Assembly (NCBI GenBank): GCA_902567855.1
Contig: CACFOQ010000002.1
Coordinates: 15,163-79,162 of the forward strand
Source: an uncultured Alphaproteobacteria bacterium
Lineage (GTDB): Bacteria; Pseudomonadota; Alphaproteobacteria; HIMB59; GCA-002718135
Length of the DNA stretch: 64,000 nucleotides
Reading direction: 5' to 3'
Positions 18,461 to 27,617 of the stretch are shown here, one piece after another. Under the pieces are notes generated by a model, which was given only the letters and a program-made list of their open reading frames with translations, was not told where the DNA came from and ran no database searches. Each line of letters begins with the position of its first letter. Position 1 is the stretch's first letter. The position numbers and the translations under genes were made by a program.

Positions 18461-19432
18461 ATGAAGGGTTTTGATAAAAAATTTAAAGATCTGCCTGATT
18501 ATATTCTTAAGATTACCTATCAGATTTGGGAGGATAAAGATGTTGAGTCAATTAGGGAGTATTATGCAAAGGGAATTCCGGTAAGATCTCCTGATGGAGT
18601 TATCTACGGACCTGATAAAGTAGTAAAAGCAACTTATGCTACGCTTGACGAATTTCCAGATCGGCAACTTCTTGGAGAGGATGTTATTTTTATAGGTAAT
18701 GAAAATGATGGTTATTTATCTTCGCATCGTATTTTAACAAAAGCGACTCATCTAAATGATGGAGTTTACGGAAAAGCCACAGGAATTAAAATATCTTACA
18801 GAGTTATAGCAGATTGTGCTTGTAAAAATAATCAAGTTTATGATGAATGGTTGGTTAGAGATCAGGGAGCAATAGTCAGACAGTTAAATTTAGATCCAAA
18901 AACCTATGCTAAAACATTAATTGATAAGCAAGGCGGTGTAACAAAATGCTCTATACCTTTTAATCAAAATACACCTCTAGATTTAAAATATACCCAGTTA
19001 AGTTTGCCTAAAAATAACACTGGTTATGAATATGCTGAAATATTAAAAACTATATTTCAAAAGGATTTGGATAGTATTGAAAAATTTTATGACAGATCTA
19101 TTAATCAAGAACAACCTAGTGGTCTTAAAGCGTATGGAGTAGACGAGGTTAAATCTTTTTGGTCATCAATTTTTTCTTCCTTTCCTGAAGCGACATTTAA
19201 AATTGAACATGTCAGTTATCTGGATGAGCCTGCAGCATATAGAAAAGCAGCGATAAGATGGTCTTTAAATGGTATCCACTCTGGTCCTGGGTATTTTGGC
19301 AATCCTAGTCAAACAAAAGTTTATGTAATGGGAATTTCTCATGCAGAATTTGGTCCCAGAGGTATAAAAAATGAGTGGGTTTTATTTGATGAAACTGCAA
19401 TATGGAAACAAATTTTAATGAAAACTGGTTAA
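18461..19432 (+). CDS. NTF2-like / SnoaL-like two-domain protein
   Basis: 323 aa. The YQIWEDKDVESIREYYA start and repeated halves resemble ester-cyclase-like proteins. Confidence 0.45.
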   Translation: MKGFDKKFKDLPDYILKITYQIWEDKDVESIREYYAKGIPVRSPDGVIYGPDKVVKATYATLDEFPDRQLLGEDVIFIGNENDGYLSSHRILTKATHLNDGVYGKATGIKISYRVIADCACKNNQVYDEWLVRDQGAIVRQLNLDPKTYAKTLIDKQGGVTKCSIPFNQNTPLDLKYTQLSLPKNNTGYEYAEILKTIFQKDLDSIEKFYDRSINQEQPSGLKAYGVDEVKSFWSSIFSSFPEATFKIEHVSYLDEPAAYRKAAIRWSLNGIHSGPGYFGNPSQTKVYVMGISHAEFGPRGIKNEWVLFDETAIWKQILMKTG

Positions 19433-19445
19433 GGATAGATAAACA

Positions 19446-20576
19446 TTGAATACGAAAATTTTAACAACCCATGTTGGAAGTTTACCACGTTCAAAAACAT
19501 TATCTGAATTTCTTTTTGCTAAAGATAAGGGAGAAAGTTTTAATTTAAATGAGTTTGATGAAGTAGTATCTCAAAATGTGCATGAAATTGTAAAAAAACA
19601 ATTAGATATTGGTATTGATTTTATCAGTGATGGGGAAATGAGTAAAATCAGTTATGCTACCTATGTCAAAGAGAGAATAAATGGCTTTTCTGGAGAAAGT
19701 GAAAGAAGAGCTCCTGCTGATTTGGATGCATTTCCCGAATATAAAGAAAAAATTGCCAAAAGTGGTGGAACGCCTACTTATACCCGTCCCTGTTGTACTG
19801 GAGAGCTGTCACTTAAAAAAAATAGTGACCTTTTAAAAGATATAAATAATTTTACATCTGCTCTTAAATCAAACAACCATAAAAACGGCTTTATGAACTC
19901 TGCTTCACCAGGGGTTATAAATGTTTTTTTACCAAACAAATATTATAAAAATGATGATGAGTATCTTGAAAAACTATCTTCAATAATGTCTGATGAATAT
20001 GAAACAATTACATCAAAAAATTTATATTTACAAATTGATTGTCCTGATTTGGCTTTAGCTAGGCATATGAATTTCAAAGATATGGATGAAAAAAGTTTTT
20101 TACATCGCGCTGAAAAACAAATTGAAGCTCTCAATGCTTCTCTCGCAGCAGTTCCACAGGATCAAATTAGAATTCATATTTGCTGGGGTAATTATGAAGG
20201 GCCTCATACTTTTGATGTTGCTTTGGAAAAAATTTTACCAATTGTTCTAAAAGCTAAAACTAAATACCTGTTAATTGAGTCTTCAAATCCAAGACATGCT
20301 CATGAATGGAAGGTGTTTGAGAATATTAAATTACCAAAAGATAAAGTTATTGTTCCAGGGGTTATTGACTCGACATCAAATTTTGTTGAACATCCTGAAG
20401 TTGTTTCAGATCGACTTAGACAATTTGCAAGTGTTGTTCCAAAAGATCAGATTATGGCAGGTACAGATTGTGGTTTTAGTACATTTGCTGGATTTGGAAA
20501 AGTTGACGAGAAAATTTGTTATGAAAAATTAGGCTCCCTAGTTAAAGGTGCTAAAATAGCCTCAAATATAATTTGA
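19446..20576 (+). CDS. Cobalamin-independent methionine-synthase-family (MetE C-terminal-like) protein
   Basis: 376 aa. HICWGN (His/Cys) and GTDCGFS (Cys) Zn-ligand-like motifs. TTG start. Confidence 0.7.
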   Translation: MNTKILTTHVGSLPRSKTLSEFLFAKDKGESFNLNEFDEVVSQNVHEIVKKQLDIGIDFISDGEMSKISYATYVKERINGFSGESERRAPADLDAFPEYKEKIAKSGGTPTYTRPCCTGELSLKKNSDLLKDINNFTSALKSNNHKNGFMNSASPGVINVFLPNKYYKNDDEYLEKLSSIMSDEYETITSKNLYLQIDCPDLALARHMNFKDMDEKSFLHRAEKQIEALNASLAAVPQDQIRIHICWGNYEGPHTFDVALEKILPIVLKAKTKYLLIESSNPRHAHEWKVFENIKLPKDKVIVPGVIDSTSNFVEHPEVVSDRLRQFASVVPKDQIMAGTDCGFSTFAGFGKVDEKICYEKLGSLVKGAKIASNII

Positions 20577-20589
20577 ATTGTTAATTTTT

Positions 20590-21591
20590 TTATCTAGTTG
20601 TATTTCGATAAATAAATTTGCCCTGTATTACATGATTAACAGGCTCAAATTCTGGATCCTTTATATTATCATCTATAATTTGGGTAACAAGCTTTGACAT
20701 TTGTCTAATAGGTTGTCTAATTGTTGTTAAATTATATGAATACCAATTTGCTGTTGATATGTCATCATATCCAATTACCTCTATTTCTTTTGGGATATTT
20801 AATTTTGTATTTTCTTTAATATAATCAAGGCAACCAAAAGCCATAGTATCGTCAGCACAAAACAATGCTGTAATATTTTTTTTTAAAAGTTTTTTTGCTG
20901 ACTCGAAACCTCCTTCATATGTAAAATTTCCTTTTTCATGAAAAAATTTAATTTTGTTTAAATTTTTAAAATGGTTTTTAAAACCTTTACATCTTTCATT
21001 ACTTACAAAGGATCCAGTTGGTCCTTCAACCATTCCTATATTAATATGTCCATTGGTAATGAAATGTTCTGCCGCTGCTTCTCCCCCATATCTGTGATCA
21101 CAAGCTACAGAACTCAATGTGGGTATTTTCCAATTTCTATTAAAAGCGATAAGTTGAATTTGTTTGGATAAACAATTTTCTACAAATGCATCCGTAGGCT
21201 TTGTAGCCGAAACAATCGCAACTAATCTCTCTTTTAGGTAAGGTTGAATTAAGTTGTTATCAAGTTCTTCACCATCATCGGTTGTAATTAAAAGTATCCT
21301 GTACCCACTCATTCGAAGAGCCTCATGTAATTCAGTTAGGACTTCAGGATAATATCTATTGGTGATATAGGGTAATATTACGCCCACTAGCCCACCATCC
21401 ACTGATGAAGAAAAAGAATGCTGAATAGTTTGATGTTTATAGCCCAATTTTTTAGCAGCTTCGATGACGCGTAATTTTGTGCGATTTGAGATACTGGCTC
21501 CTTTGGTGAAGCACCGAGAGACTGCTGACTGGGATACACCAGCTAATGTGGCCACATTCTGGGATGTTGGATTCTTTAATTTAGTTTTCAT
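20590..21591 (-). CDS. LacI-family transcriptional regulator
   Basis: N-terminal HTH NVATLAGVSQSAVSRCF plus a periplasmic-binding-protein-like effector domain. Confidence 0.9.
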   Translation of the reverse strand: MKTKLKNPTSQNVATLAGVSQSAVSRCFTKGASISNRTKLRVIEAAKKLGYKHQTIQHSFSSSVDGGLVGVILPYITNRYYPEVLTELHEALRMSGYRILLITTDDGEELDNNLIQPYLKERLVAIVSATKPTDAFVENCLSKQIQLIAFNRNWKIPTLSSVACDHRYGGEAAAEHFITNGHINIGMVEGPTGSFVSNERCKGFKNHFKNLNKIKFFHEKGNFTYEGGFESAKKLLKKNITALFCADDTMAFGCLDYIKENTKLNIPKEIEVIGYDDISTANWYSYNLTTIRQPIRQMSKLVTQIIDDNIKDPEFEPVNHVIQGKFIYRNTTR

Positions 21592-21610
21592 TTATGCCTT
21601 TATCCACCGA

Positions 21611-21624
21611 AATATTATTCATTA
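21611..21624 (+). promoter_or_regulatory. Candidate operator (aatattattcatta) in the lacI / binding-protein intergenic region
   Basis: Exact 14-mer shared with 17437-17450. A nearby inverted repeat attgcat ... atgcaat lies at about 21625-21653. Confidence 0.3.
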
Positions 21625-21731
21625 CATTGCATATTTATTCAAAACAATGCAATATATTTATTATAAATATTTATAATATTAATTCTCTTAATATAACAAT
21701 TTATTTTAAGGGTAATTAATAAGGAGGAAAA

Positions 21732-22973
21732 ATGTTATTTAAAAAACTAATATTAGTTGGATTTATTTCCCTATTTTTCAGCTCATCTTTGTATGCAGCT
21801 GATTGTGGACCGAATGGGCAATCAATCCGAATTCTAGCAAGTGATTTTCCAGCAATTCACGCAATAGCAAATTCTGCTGAAAGTAATTGTGCAGGATCTG
21901 CTTCTGAATTCAATCGAAATCATACTACCGAAGCACGTCAAATAATGAATGCTGCTCAAACACCAAATCCAGCAGAGTATACTTCAGTTATTGTAGCTAA
22001 CTCTACCCTAGTTCAATTAATGAACGATGGACTTGTTAGACCATTAGATGATTTAGTTGAAAAATATGGTGGTCACTTAAAATCTAACCAACTGATAACT
22101 ATTGATGGAAAAATAATGGCAATAGCGTTTATGGCAAATTCTCAGCACATGTATTATAGAACAGATATTTTAGAAAAATCTGGGGTTGATGGAATACCAG
22201 CAACTTATGATGAAGTAATATCTGCTGCTGAAAAGATACGTGCAGCTGGTATCATGGAGCATCCACTTGTAATGAATCTCAAAGTCGGATGGAATGTTGG
22301 TGAAGTATTTAACACTATATACCTAGCACATGGTGGAGAATTCTTTAAGCCTGGTAGTGCTGAAGCATCTATTAATAATGCCAAAGGTGTTGCTGCTCTA
22401 GAAACAATGAAAGCTCTTGTAGAGTATGCTCACCCTGATCATTTAACGCAGGCATCTGATGATACGCAAGGATTATGGGAAGCTGGTCAAGCGGCAATTG
22501 GCTTTATGTGGGGTTCTCGTGGAGGAGTTATACTAGATAATGAAGGTTCTTCAGCTGAAGTGACTTCAAATACTGTTTTATCTGCAGCTCCAACTGTTAC
22601 TGGTGGCTCAATACCAGGAGCAACTCTATGGTGGGATGGAATAACTATAGCTACTAACGTGTCTGACAGTGAAGCAGAAGCAACGTTTGCAGCACTTGTA
22701 AGTGGTATGACTTCAGAAATGGTTGCTGCTAATAATGATGATGCAATTTGGTTAATTGATGGTTTTAAACCTGGTCCAGCTGCAGCAGGAGTTTCTGCAA
22801 CTGCTCAAGGCGGTGCTAAATCTTACCCGATGTTTGCTCAAATGGGATTATTGCACAATGCATTAGGTGCAGAGCTAGTTGATTTTTTAAAGGGATCTGA
22901 GAGCGCTGAACAAGCACTTAGTGATGTAGAGGCTGTTTACGAAACAGCTGCTAAAGACGCAGGTTATCTGTAG
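21732..22973 (+). CDS. ABC transporter extracellular solute-binding protein (family 1 / CUT1-like)
   Basis: Signal peptide, 413 aa, followed by MalF/MalG-type permeases. Confidence 0.75.
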   Translation: MLFKKLILVGFISLFFSSSLYAADCGPNGQSIRILASDFPAIHAIANSAESNCAGSASEFNRNHTTEARQIMNAAQTPNPAEYTSVIVANSTLVQLMNDGLVRPLDDLVEKYGGHLKSNQLITIDGKIMAIAFMANSQHMYYRTDILEKSGVDGIPATYDEVISAAEKIRAAGIMEHPLVMNLKVGWNVGEVFNTIYLAHGGEFFKPGSAEASINNAKGVAALETMKALVEYAHPDHLTQASDDTQGLWEAGQAAIGFMWGSRGGVILDNEGSSAEVTSNTVLSAAPTVTGGSIPGATLWWDGITIATNVSDSEAEATFAALVSGMTSEMVAANNDDAIWLIDGFKPGPAAAGVSATAQGGAKSYPMFAQMGLLHNALGAELVDFLKGSESAEQALSDVEAVYETAAKDAGYL

Positions 22974-22995
22974 TCAATATAAATAAATCAGTAAA

Positions 22996-23023
22996 AAGGG
23001 GTTTTCAAATTTGAAAACCCCTT
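22996..23023 (+). terminator. Perfect 14+14 palindrome after the binding-protein gene (attenuator or stabiliser hairpin)
   Basis: aaggggttttcaaa/tttgaaaacccctt. Only a weak T-tract follows. Confidence 0.45.
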
Positions 23024-23053
23024 GTATCTTTCTATGTAATTTAAAATCGCATA

Positions 23054-24088
23054 ATGAAGCACAGCACATTCTTATTATTTTCTCTTCCTTCATTAAGTGT
23101 AATGTTTTTATTTATTGCAATACCTATAGTTTCTGTTTTTATTCAATCTCTGCATATTGAGCATAAACAAGTAATAATTGTTACAGAAAATTGTGATCCT
23201 TTTGGATGTGAGACAACAACAGCTGTGGATACTGAAGCTTCCGCAAAGTTAAAAGAAAAAGCACCTCTTGGTAAATTTAATGGATTTAAAACATATTCAA
23301 ACAGAATGCATTTTGCATTTGATGAAGTAGGAGAAGCTTGGAAGAGCTCGGATAGTTTTACAGTTTTTACTAAAAAATTATATAATTACCCCCTATATAG
23401 AGCGCTCAGTTTCACTCTTACTTACACCTTCGTAGTTACTCCTTTTGTCTTATTTCTTGGTTTTTTAGTTGCCGTTGGAGTTAATAATCTTCCAAAGATG
23501 TTTAAAGGTCCAACAATTTTTGCATCTCTTCTTCCAATGATAGTTACACCTCTTGTTGGTTCATTGATACTTTTCTGGATGGTTGACGGTGATGGTGTGA
23601 TTGGGGCTACACTCCAAAAAATATTTAATGATAATTCTCTTAGCTTGAAAGCATCACCTGTGCTTACCTGGATTATGTTGATGGTATACGGTATTTGGCA
23701 TTTGATGCCTTTTAGTTTTATTGTTTTTTATGCAGGTCTTCAAACGGTTCCTCAAGAAACAATAGAGGCGGCAACAATAGATGGCGCATCAAAATTTCAA
23801 AGAATACGCCACGTTGTTATTCCTCATTTAATGCCACTTGCTATTTTCATCACTTTAATACTTTTGATGGATAATTTTAGAGTTTTTGAACCAATCATAG
23901 GTTTTAGAGCAGAAGCGCACGCCACCTCAATATCGTGGTTAATATGGAATCATTTGCGAGAAAGTGCTTACCCTCTCTATAACGCCGCAGGTGCTACATC
24001 TATGGTTACTATTTTTGGTGTAGCAATTTTACTCTTGCCCGTACTAATTCGAACATGGCGAGATTTTAAAGAAAAAAATAAAGGTTAG
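23054..24088 (+). CDS. ABC transporter permease (MalF-like)
   Basis: EAA loop EAATIDGASKFQRIRHVVIP. Large periplasmic loop after TM1. Confidence 0.85.
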   Translation: MKHSTFLLFSLPSLSVMFLFIAIPIVSVFIQSLHIEHKQVIIVTENCDPFGCETTTAVDTEASAKLKEKAPLGKFNGFKTYSNRMHFAFDEVGEAWKSSDSFTVFTKKLYNYPLYRALSFTLTYTFVVTPFVLFLGFLVAVGVNNLPKMFKGPTIFASLLPMIVTPLVGSLILFWMVDGDGVIGATLQKIFNDNSLSLKASPVLTWIMLMVYGIWHLMPFSFIVFYAGLQTVPQETIEAATIDGASKFQRIRHVVIPHLMPLAIFITLILLMDNFRVFEPIIGFRAEAHATSISWLIWNHLRESAYPLYNAAGATSMVTIFGVAILLLPVLIRTWRDFKEKNKG

Positions 24089-24094
24089 GAATTT

Positions 24095-24976
24095 GTGAAT
24101 ACAAAAATTGAAAATAAATTAACCCCAGTTCGTATTATTGCTTTTATATTTGTGGCTCTGTGGTTGGTTATTGCTATGTTTCCTTTTATTTGGACATTGT
24201 GGGGATCTTTCAAAGTACAAGCTGATTTTTTTTCAAAAGCTGATTGGTCAAATGCAATATTTGGCTTTCATACTGAAAAACAAACAGGCGGTTTTTTTAC
24301 TATGGATGGATATTATGGCTCTTGGATTGAAGAAGAATTTTGGCGTGCCGTTATTAATACAAGCATAGTAGTATTTTTTACAGTTTTAATTTCTCTTACT
24401 TTTGGAACTTTAGGTGGTTATGCTCTTGCAAGGTCTACTTATCGTTATGCCTTCTGGATTTTAATGGCAGGTCTGATCTTTCGTGCGATGCCTCATATGA
24501 CTTTGATTTCAGGATATCTTCAACCTTTTTTTGCATGGAATGTTTGGGGAATTTTGCCTACAACAATAATTGTGCTTGTTGCAATTAACCAACCTTTTAC
24601 TCTGTGGATGCTACATTCATTTTTTTTAAACATACCAAAAGATTTAGATGAAAGCGCTATGTGCGATGGTTGTAATAGATTTCAAGCATTTAGATATGTG
24701 ATCATTCCTATAATGTGGCCAGGGGTAATCACTACTGGATTATTTAGTTTCCTTCTTGCTTACAATGATTTTACAGTTACATCCATGTTGCTTTCAGATG
24801 AAAATGAAACAATGATTCCAGCAATTGCAAGTTTTCTAGGTACTGTCCAAGAAGAAGGTAAAGTAATGTATGCTGTAGCAGCCGTTGTTTCAGCAACTGC
24901 TCCATTATTCTTTTTTGTACTGTTTTTTCAAAGACAGATTGTTAGTGGATTAACAGCTGGAGCAGTAAAAGGTTAA
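24095..24976 (+). CDS. ABC transporter permease (MalG-like)
   Basis: EAA loop ESAMCDGCNRFQAFRYVIIP. GTG start. Confidence 0.85.
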   Translation: MNTKIENKLTPVRIIAFIFVALWLVIAMFPFIWTLWGSFKVQADFFSKADWSNAIFGFHTEKQTGGFFTMDGYYGSWIEEEFWRAVINTSIVVFFTVLISLTFGTLGGYALARSTYRYAFWILMAGLIFRAMPHMTLISGYLQPFFAWNVWGILPTTIIVLVAINQPFTLWMLHSFFLNIPKDLDESAMCDGCNRFQAFRYVIIPIMWPGVITTGLFSFLLAYNDFTVTSMLLSDENETMIPAIASFLGTVQEEGKVMYAVAAVVSATAPLFFFVLFFQRQIVSGLTAGAVKG

Positions 24977-24981
24977 AAGTA

Positions 24982-26055
24982 ATGAAATCAGAGCAATTAA
25001 AAAAATACTTTGAAGATTATCAAATAGCTACTCAAAATTTTAATAAAAATTCAATAAATAATTCTCTAACTAAATACTTCTCAGAACATTCTGTGTTTCA
25101 ATTCTGTTATCCCTTTGGAACGTTTAATGGATTAGATAATTTTTTATCTAATTGTATCAATCCTCTTTTAGAAAGTATTCCAGATCTTGAAAGAAGAGAT
25201 ATGATTGTTATGGCAGGCACAACACCTGAAGATAAACACTGGGTAGGTACTATGGGTAATTATATGGGAACATTTTTAAAATCATTTTTAGATATTCCAC
25301 CAACTGGTAATTTAGTTCATATGCGTTATCATGAGTTTTTCCAAATTGAAAATAATCAGATTATAGAAATGCAATCAATATGGGATCTACCTGAACTGAT
25401 GATCCAGGCCAATGCATGGCCAATGAGTCCTCAGCTAGGATCTTTTTTATGTACACCATCTCCGATGACCGGAGACGGTTTAAAAATAAAAGGCGATGGA
25501 TCAAAAAATTTTGATCTTGTGATTAATATGCTTCAAGACATGGTTTTACACCCTAGTAATCCAGATCCACAAGTTATGAATTTAGATAAGTATTGGCACC
25601 CCAGATTTAATTGGTATGGACCAGCTGGAATTGGAACTGGAAGAGGTATAGCAGGATTTCGCCATTGGCATCAAATACCCTTCTTACGTGCAATGCCGGA
25701 TAGAAAGGGAGGTTCATCAAATGATAGCTTAAAAAATGAGGGATTGAAGGATATGCTAACTCATTGGATATATGAAGGAGATTATGTCTGTGAAACTGGT
25801 TGGCCAAATATGCGATCTACAATATCACAAGATGGATGGATGGGTATTGCTCCTTCAAACCAGATTATAGAAATGCGGAGTTTAGATTTTTGGAGAGTTG
25901 AAAATAATCTTATAAGGGAGAATTGGGTTTTAGTAGATCTTCTGGATGTTTATCAGCAAATAGGCGTTAATGTTTTTGATAGAATAAAAGAATTTAACAA
26001 AGCAAGAAATGTTGGTGATATTAACATTTCTCAAGGACTTGATTTAATTAAATAA
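24982..26055 (+). CDS. NTF2-like / SnoaL-like two-domain protein; paralog of 16279..17373
   Basis: Block-wise similarity to 16279..17373, as listed for that feature. Confidence 0.5.
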   Translation: MKSEQLKKYFEDYQIATQNFNKNSINNSLTKYFSEHSVFQFCYPFGTFNGLDNFLSNCINPLLESIPDLERRDMIVMAGTTPEDKHWVGTMGNYMGTFLKSFLDIPPTGNLVHMRYHEFFQIENNQIIEMQSIWDLPELMIQANAWPMSPQLGSFLCTPSPMTGDGLKIKGDGSKNFDLVINMLQDMVLHPSNPDPQVMNLDKYWHPRFNWYGPAGIGTGRGIAGFRHWHQIPFLRAMPDRKGGSSNDSLKNEGLKDMLTHWIYEGDYVCETGWPNMRSTISQDGWMGIAPSNQIIEMRSLDFWRVENNLIRENWVLVDLLDVYQQIGVNVFDRIKEFNKARNVGDINISQGLDLIK

Positions 26056-26072
26056 ATATTGATATAGAAGAA

Positions 26073-26840
26073 ATGTATTTACAAAAATTTGAAGTCAAAA
26101 ACAAAACTGCATTAGTAACGGGAGCAGGAAAAGGTTTGGGAAAAGCATGTGCTATTGCTTTGGCTGAGGCAGGAGCCAATCTCATTATATTAAGTCGTAC
26201 CAAAACTGACTTAACAAAAGTTGAAAAACAAATAATAAAATTAAATAGAAAATGTCGATCAATCGTATGTGATGTAACAAATTATGAAGATGTAAAAAAA
26301 ACTTTTTCCTCCATATCTAAGTTAGATATTCTTGTTAATAATGCTGGAACTAATAGACCTGAATATTTTACAAAAATTAAAAAAAAAGATATGGATGATG
26401 TTGTTGATTTGAATATTAAAGCCGCATTTCATATTGCACAATTGGCTTCAAAAATAATGCTAAGATCCAAAAATCGAAAGAAAGTTGGGGCTTCCATAAT
26501 AAATATGTCTTCTCAATTAGGAAAAGTAGGAGCTCCACGCCGAAGTGTTTACAATATGACGAAATTTGGAATTGAAGGATTAACCAAAGGAATGGCTGTG
26601 GATTTAGCTAAACATAATATTCGTGTCAATTCAGTTTGTCCCACATTTGTTAAAACGCCAATGGTTGAAAAGTTTTTTAAAGATAAAGAATTTATGAAAT
26701 CTGTATTAAAAAACATTCCTTTAGGCAGAATAGGTTCAGAAAGCGATATTGCTACAGCTGTAGTGTATCTAGCCTCCAATGCATCATCAATGATTACTGG
26801 CTCATCATTAGTAATAGATGGTGGTTGGACAGCAAAATAA
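26073..26840 (+). CDS. Short-chain dehydrogenase/reductase (classical SDR)
   Basis: TGAGKGLG cofactor motif, NNAG, catalytic YNMTK. Confidence 0.9.
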   Translation: MYLQKFEVKNKTALVTGAGKGLGKACAIALAEAGANLIILSRTKTDLTKVEKQIIKLNRKCRSIVCDVTNYEDVKKTFSSISKLDILVNNAGTNRPEYFTKIKKKDMDDVVDLNIKAAFHIAQLASKIMLRSKNRKKVGASIINMSSQLGKVGAPRRSVYNMTKFGIEGLTKGMAVDLAKHNIRVNSVCPTFVKTPMVEKFFKDKEFMKSVLKNIPLGRIGSESDIATAVVYLASNASSMITGSSLVIDGGWTAK

Positions 26841-26851
26841 TTAAAATTTCT

Positions 26852-26872
26852 CGGCGCACATACGGCGCACTT
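26852..26872 (+). repeat. Barcode 2R: cggcgcacat-a-cggcgcactt
   Basis: Identical to 2L. CACAT begins 85 nt before the fragment 3 core. Starts 12 nt after the SDR stop. Confidence 0.85.
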
Positions 26873-26941
26873 AGACACCCGGTATTTACATTTTCACGTT
26901 TAATTTTTCCTAGAAACCTTACACTTTGTTTTTAATCAGCA

Positions 26942-27002
26942 CGCTTGGAAAGCGTGTGTAGTAGCAATACTACCGAGGGTTCGAATCCCTCTCTCTCCGC
27001 CA
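26942..27002 (+). repeat. tRNA-Ser 3' fragment 3 (61 nt; variable-arm allele B tgtagta-gcaa-tactac)
   Basis: Differs from the intact gene only by two compensatory pairs in the variable arm. Preceded by ..tttaatcagca. Confidence 0.95.
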
Positions 27003-27047
27003 AAAACTTAATTTTTTCTTTAACGATTTTTCTGTAATTTTAAATCT

Positions 27048-27068
27048 GGTCTCACATAGGTCTCATTT
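27048..27068 (+). repeat. Barcode 3L: ggtctcacat-a-ggtctcattt
   Basis: CACAT begins 51 nt after the fragment 3 CCA. Confidence 0.8.
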
Positions 27069-27090
27069 TAAGAATAAATAAAATATTATT

Positions 27091-27285
27091 TTAATACAAG
27101 GAAATACCTCCTCGATGATTAATAGTAATAGTTCCTGATAGATATTCTGCAAATGCTTCTTTTACACCAAATAGTTCGTTTACTATTGGAAAAGAAAATG
27201 CGTTTAAGACTATACCTATTGCAAAAACAGCAAGAATTAGTTTAACCGATTTTTCTAATTTTATTTCATAAGTTACTTTTTTCAT
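27091..27285 (-). CDS. Small single-TM protein (64 aa)
   Basis: ATG preceded by aaggat. One central hydrophobic helix (LILAVFAIGIVLNAFSFPIV). Confidence 0.5.
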   Translation of the reverse strand: MKKVTYEIKLEKSVKLILAVFAIGIVLNAFSFPIVNELFGVKEAFAEYLSGTITINHRGGISLY

Positions 27286-27352
27286 TTTTAATCCTTTGTT
27301 TAAATTATTTAAAGATTACAATATTCTTTGTATTGTTTTTGTAAATTAATTT

Positions 27353-27373
27353 GGTCTTACTTTGGTCTCACTA
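27353..27373 (+). repeat. Barcode 3R: ggtcttactt-t-ggtctcacta
   Basis: Decayed copy of 3L. It sits 84 nt before the fragment 4 core. Confidence 0.7.
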
Positions 27374-27441
27374 CCTAAGTTAAAAACTATAAATTAACCC
27401 TAAATAATCTTTGTTTTTTGTAGAAATTTATAAAATCAGCA

Positions 27442-27502
27442 CGCTTGGAAAGCGTGTATAGTGGCAACACTATCGAGGGTTCGAATCCCTCTCTCTCCGC
27501 CA
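27442..27502 (+). repeat. tRNA-Ser 3' fragment 4 (61 nt; allele A)
   Basis: Identical to 12249-12309. Preceded by ..ataaaatcagca. Confidence 0.95.
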
Positions 27503-27547
27503 TAAATTAAGATTTTCCTTTAACAATTTTTCAGCAAAAATATGTTT

Positions 27548-27568
27548 CGACACACATACGGCGCACTT
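27548..27568 (+). repeat. Barcode 4L: cgacacacat-a-cggcgcactt
   Basis: CACAT begins 51 nt after the fragment 4 CCA. The first unit is decayed. Confidence 0.8.
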
Positions 27569-27617
27569 TGCAACCTATTTTTTATCTACATTTTATATAG
27601 TTGGTGGTAATATTATC

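Larger units (their letters stand above)
13732..26941 (+). mobile_element. Cassette 2 (13.2 kb, barcode cggcgcac): LacI-regulated catabolic/transport island, no recombinase
   Basis: Bounded by tRNA fragments 2 and 3. Identical barcodes at 13777 and 26852. Confidence 0.7.
27003..27441 (+). mobile_element. Cassette 3 (439 bp, barcode ggtctcac): a single 64-aa membrane-peptide gene
   Basis: Bounded by fragments 3 and 4. Barcodes at 27048 and 27353 are slightly decayed. Confidence 0.65.

Noticed and set aside
26549-26878. Track ORFs 26549..26878 (-) and 29140..29340 (+), which run into the barcodes and arms
   Set aside because: One is antisense to a well-supported gene (the SDR) and the other is out of frame with one (the MORN protein). 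Both read through conserved non-coding arm sequence.
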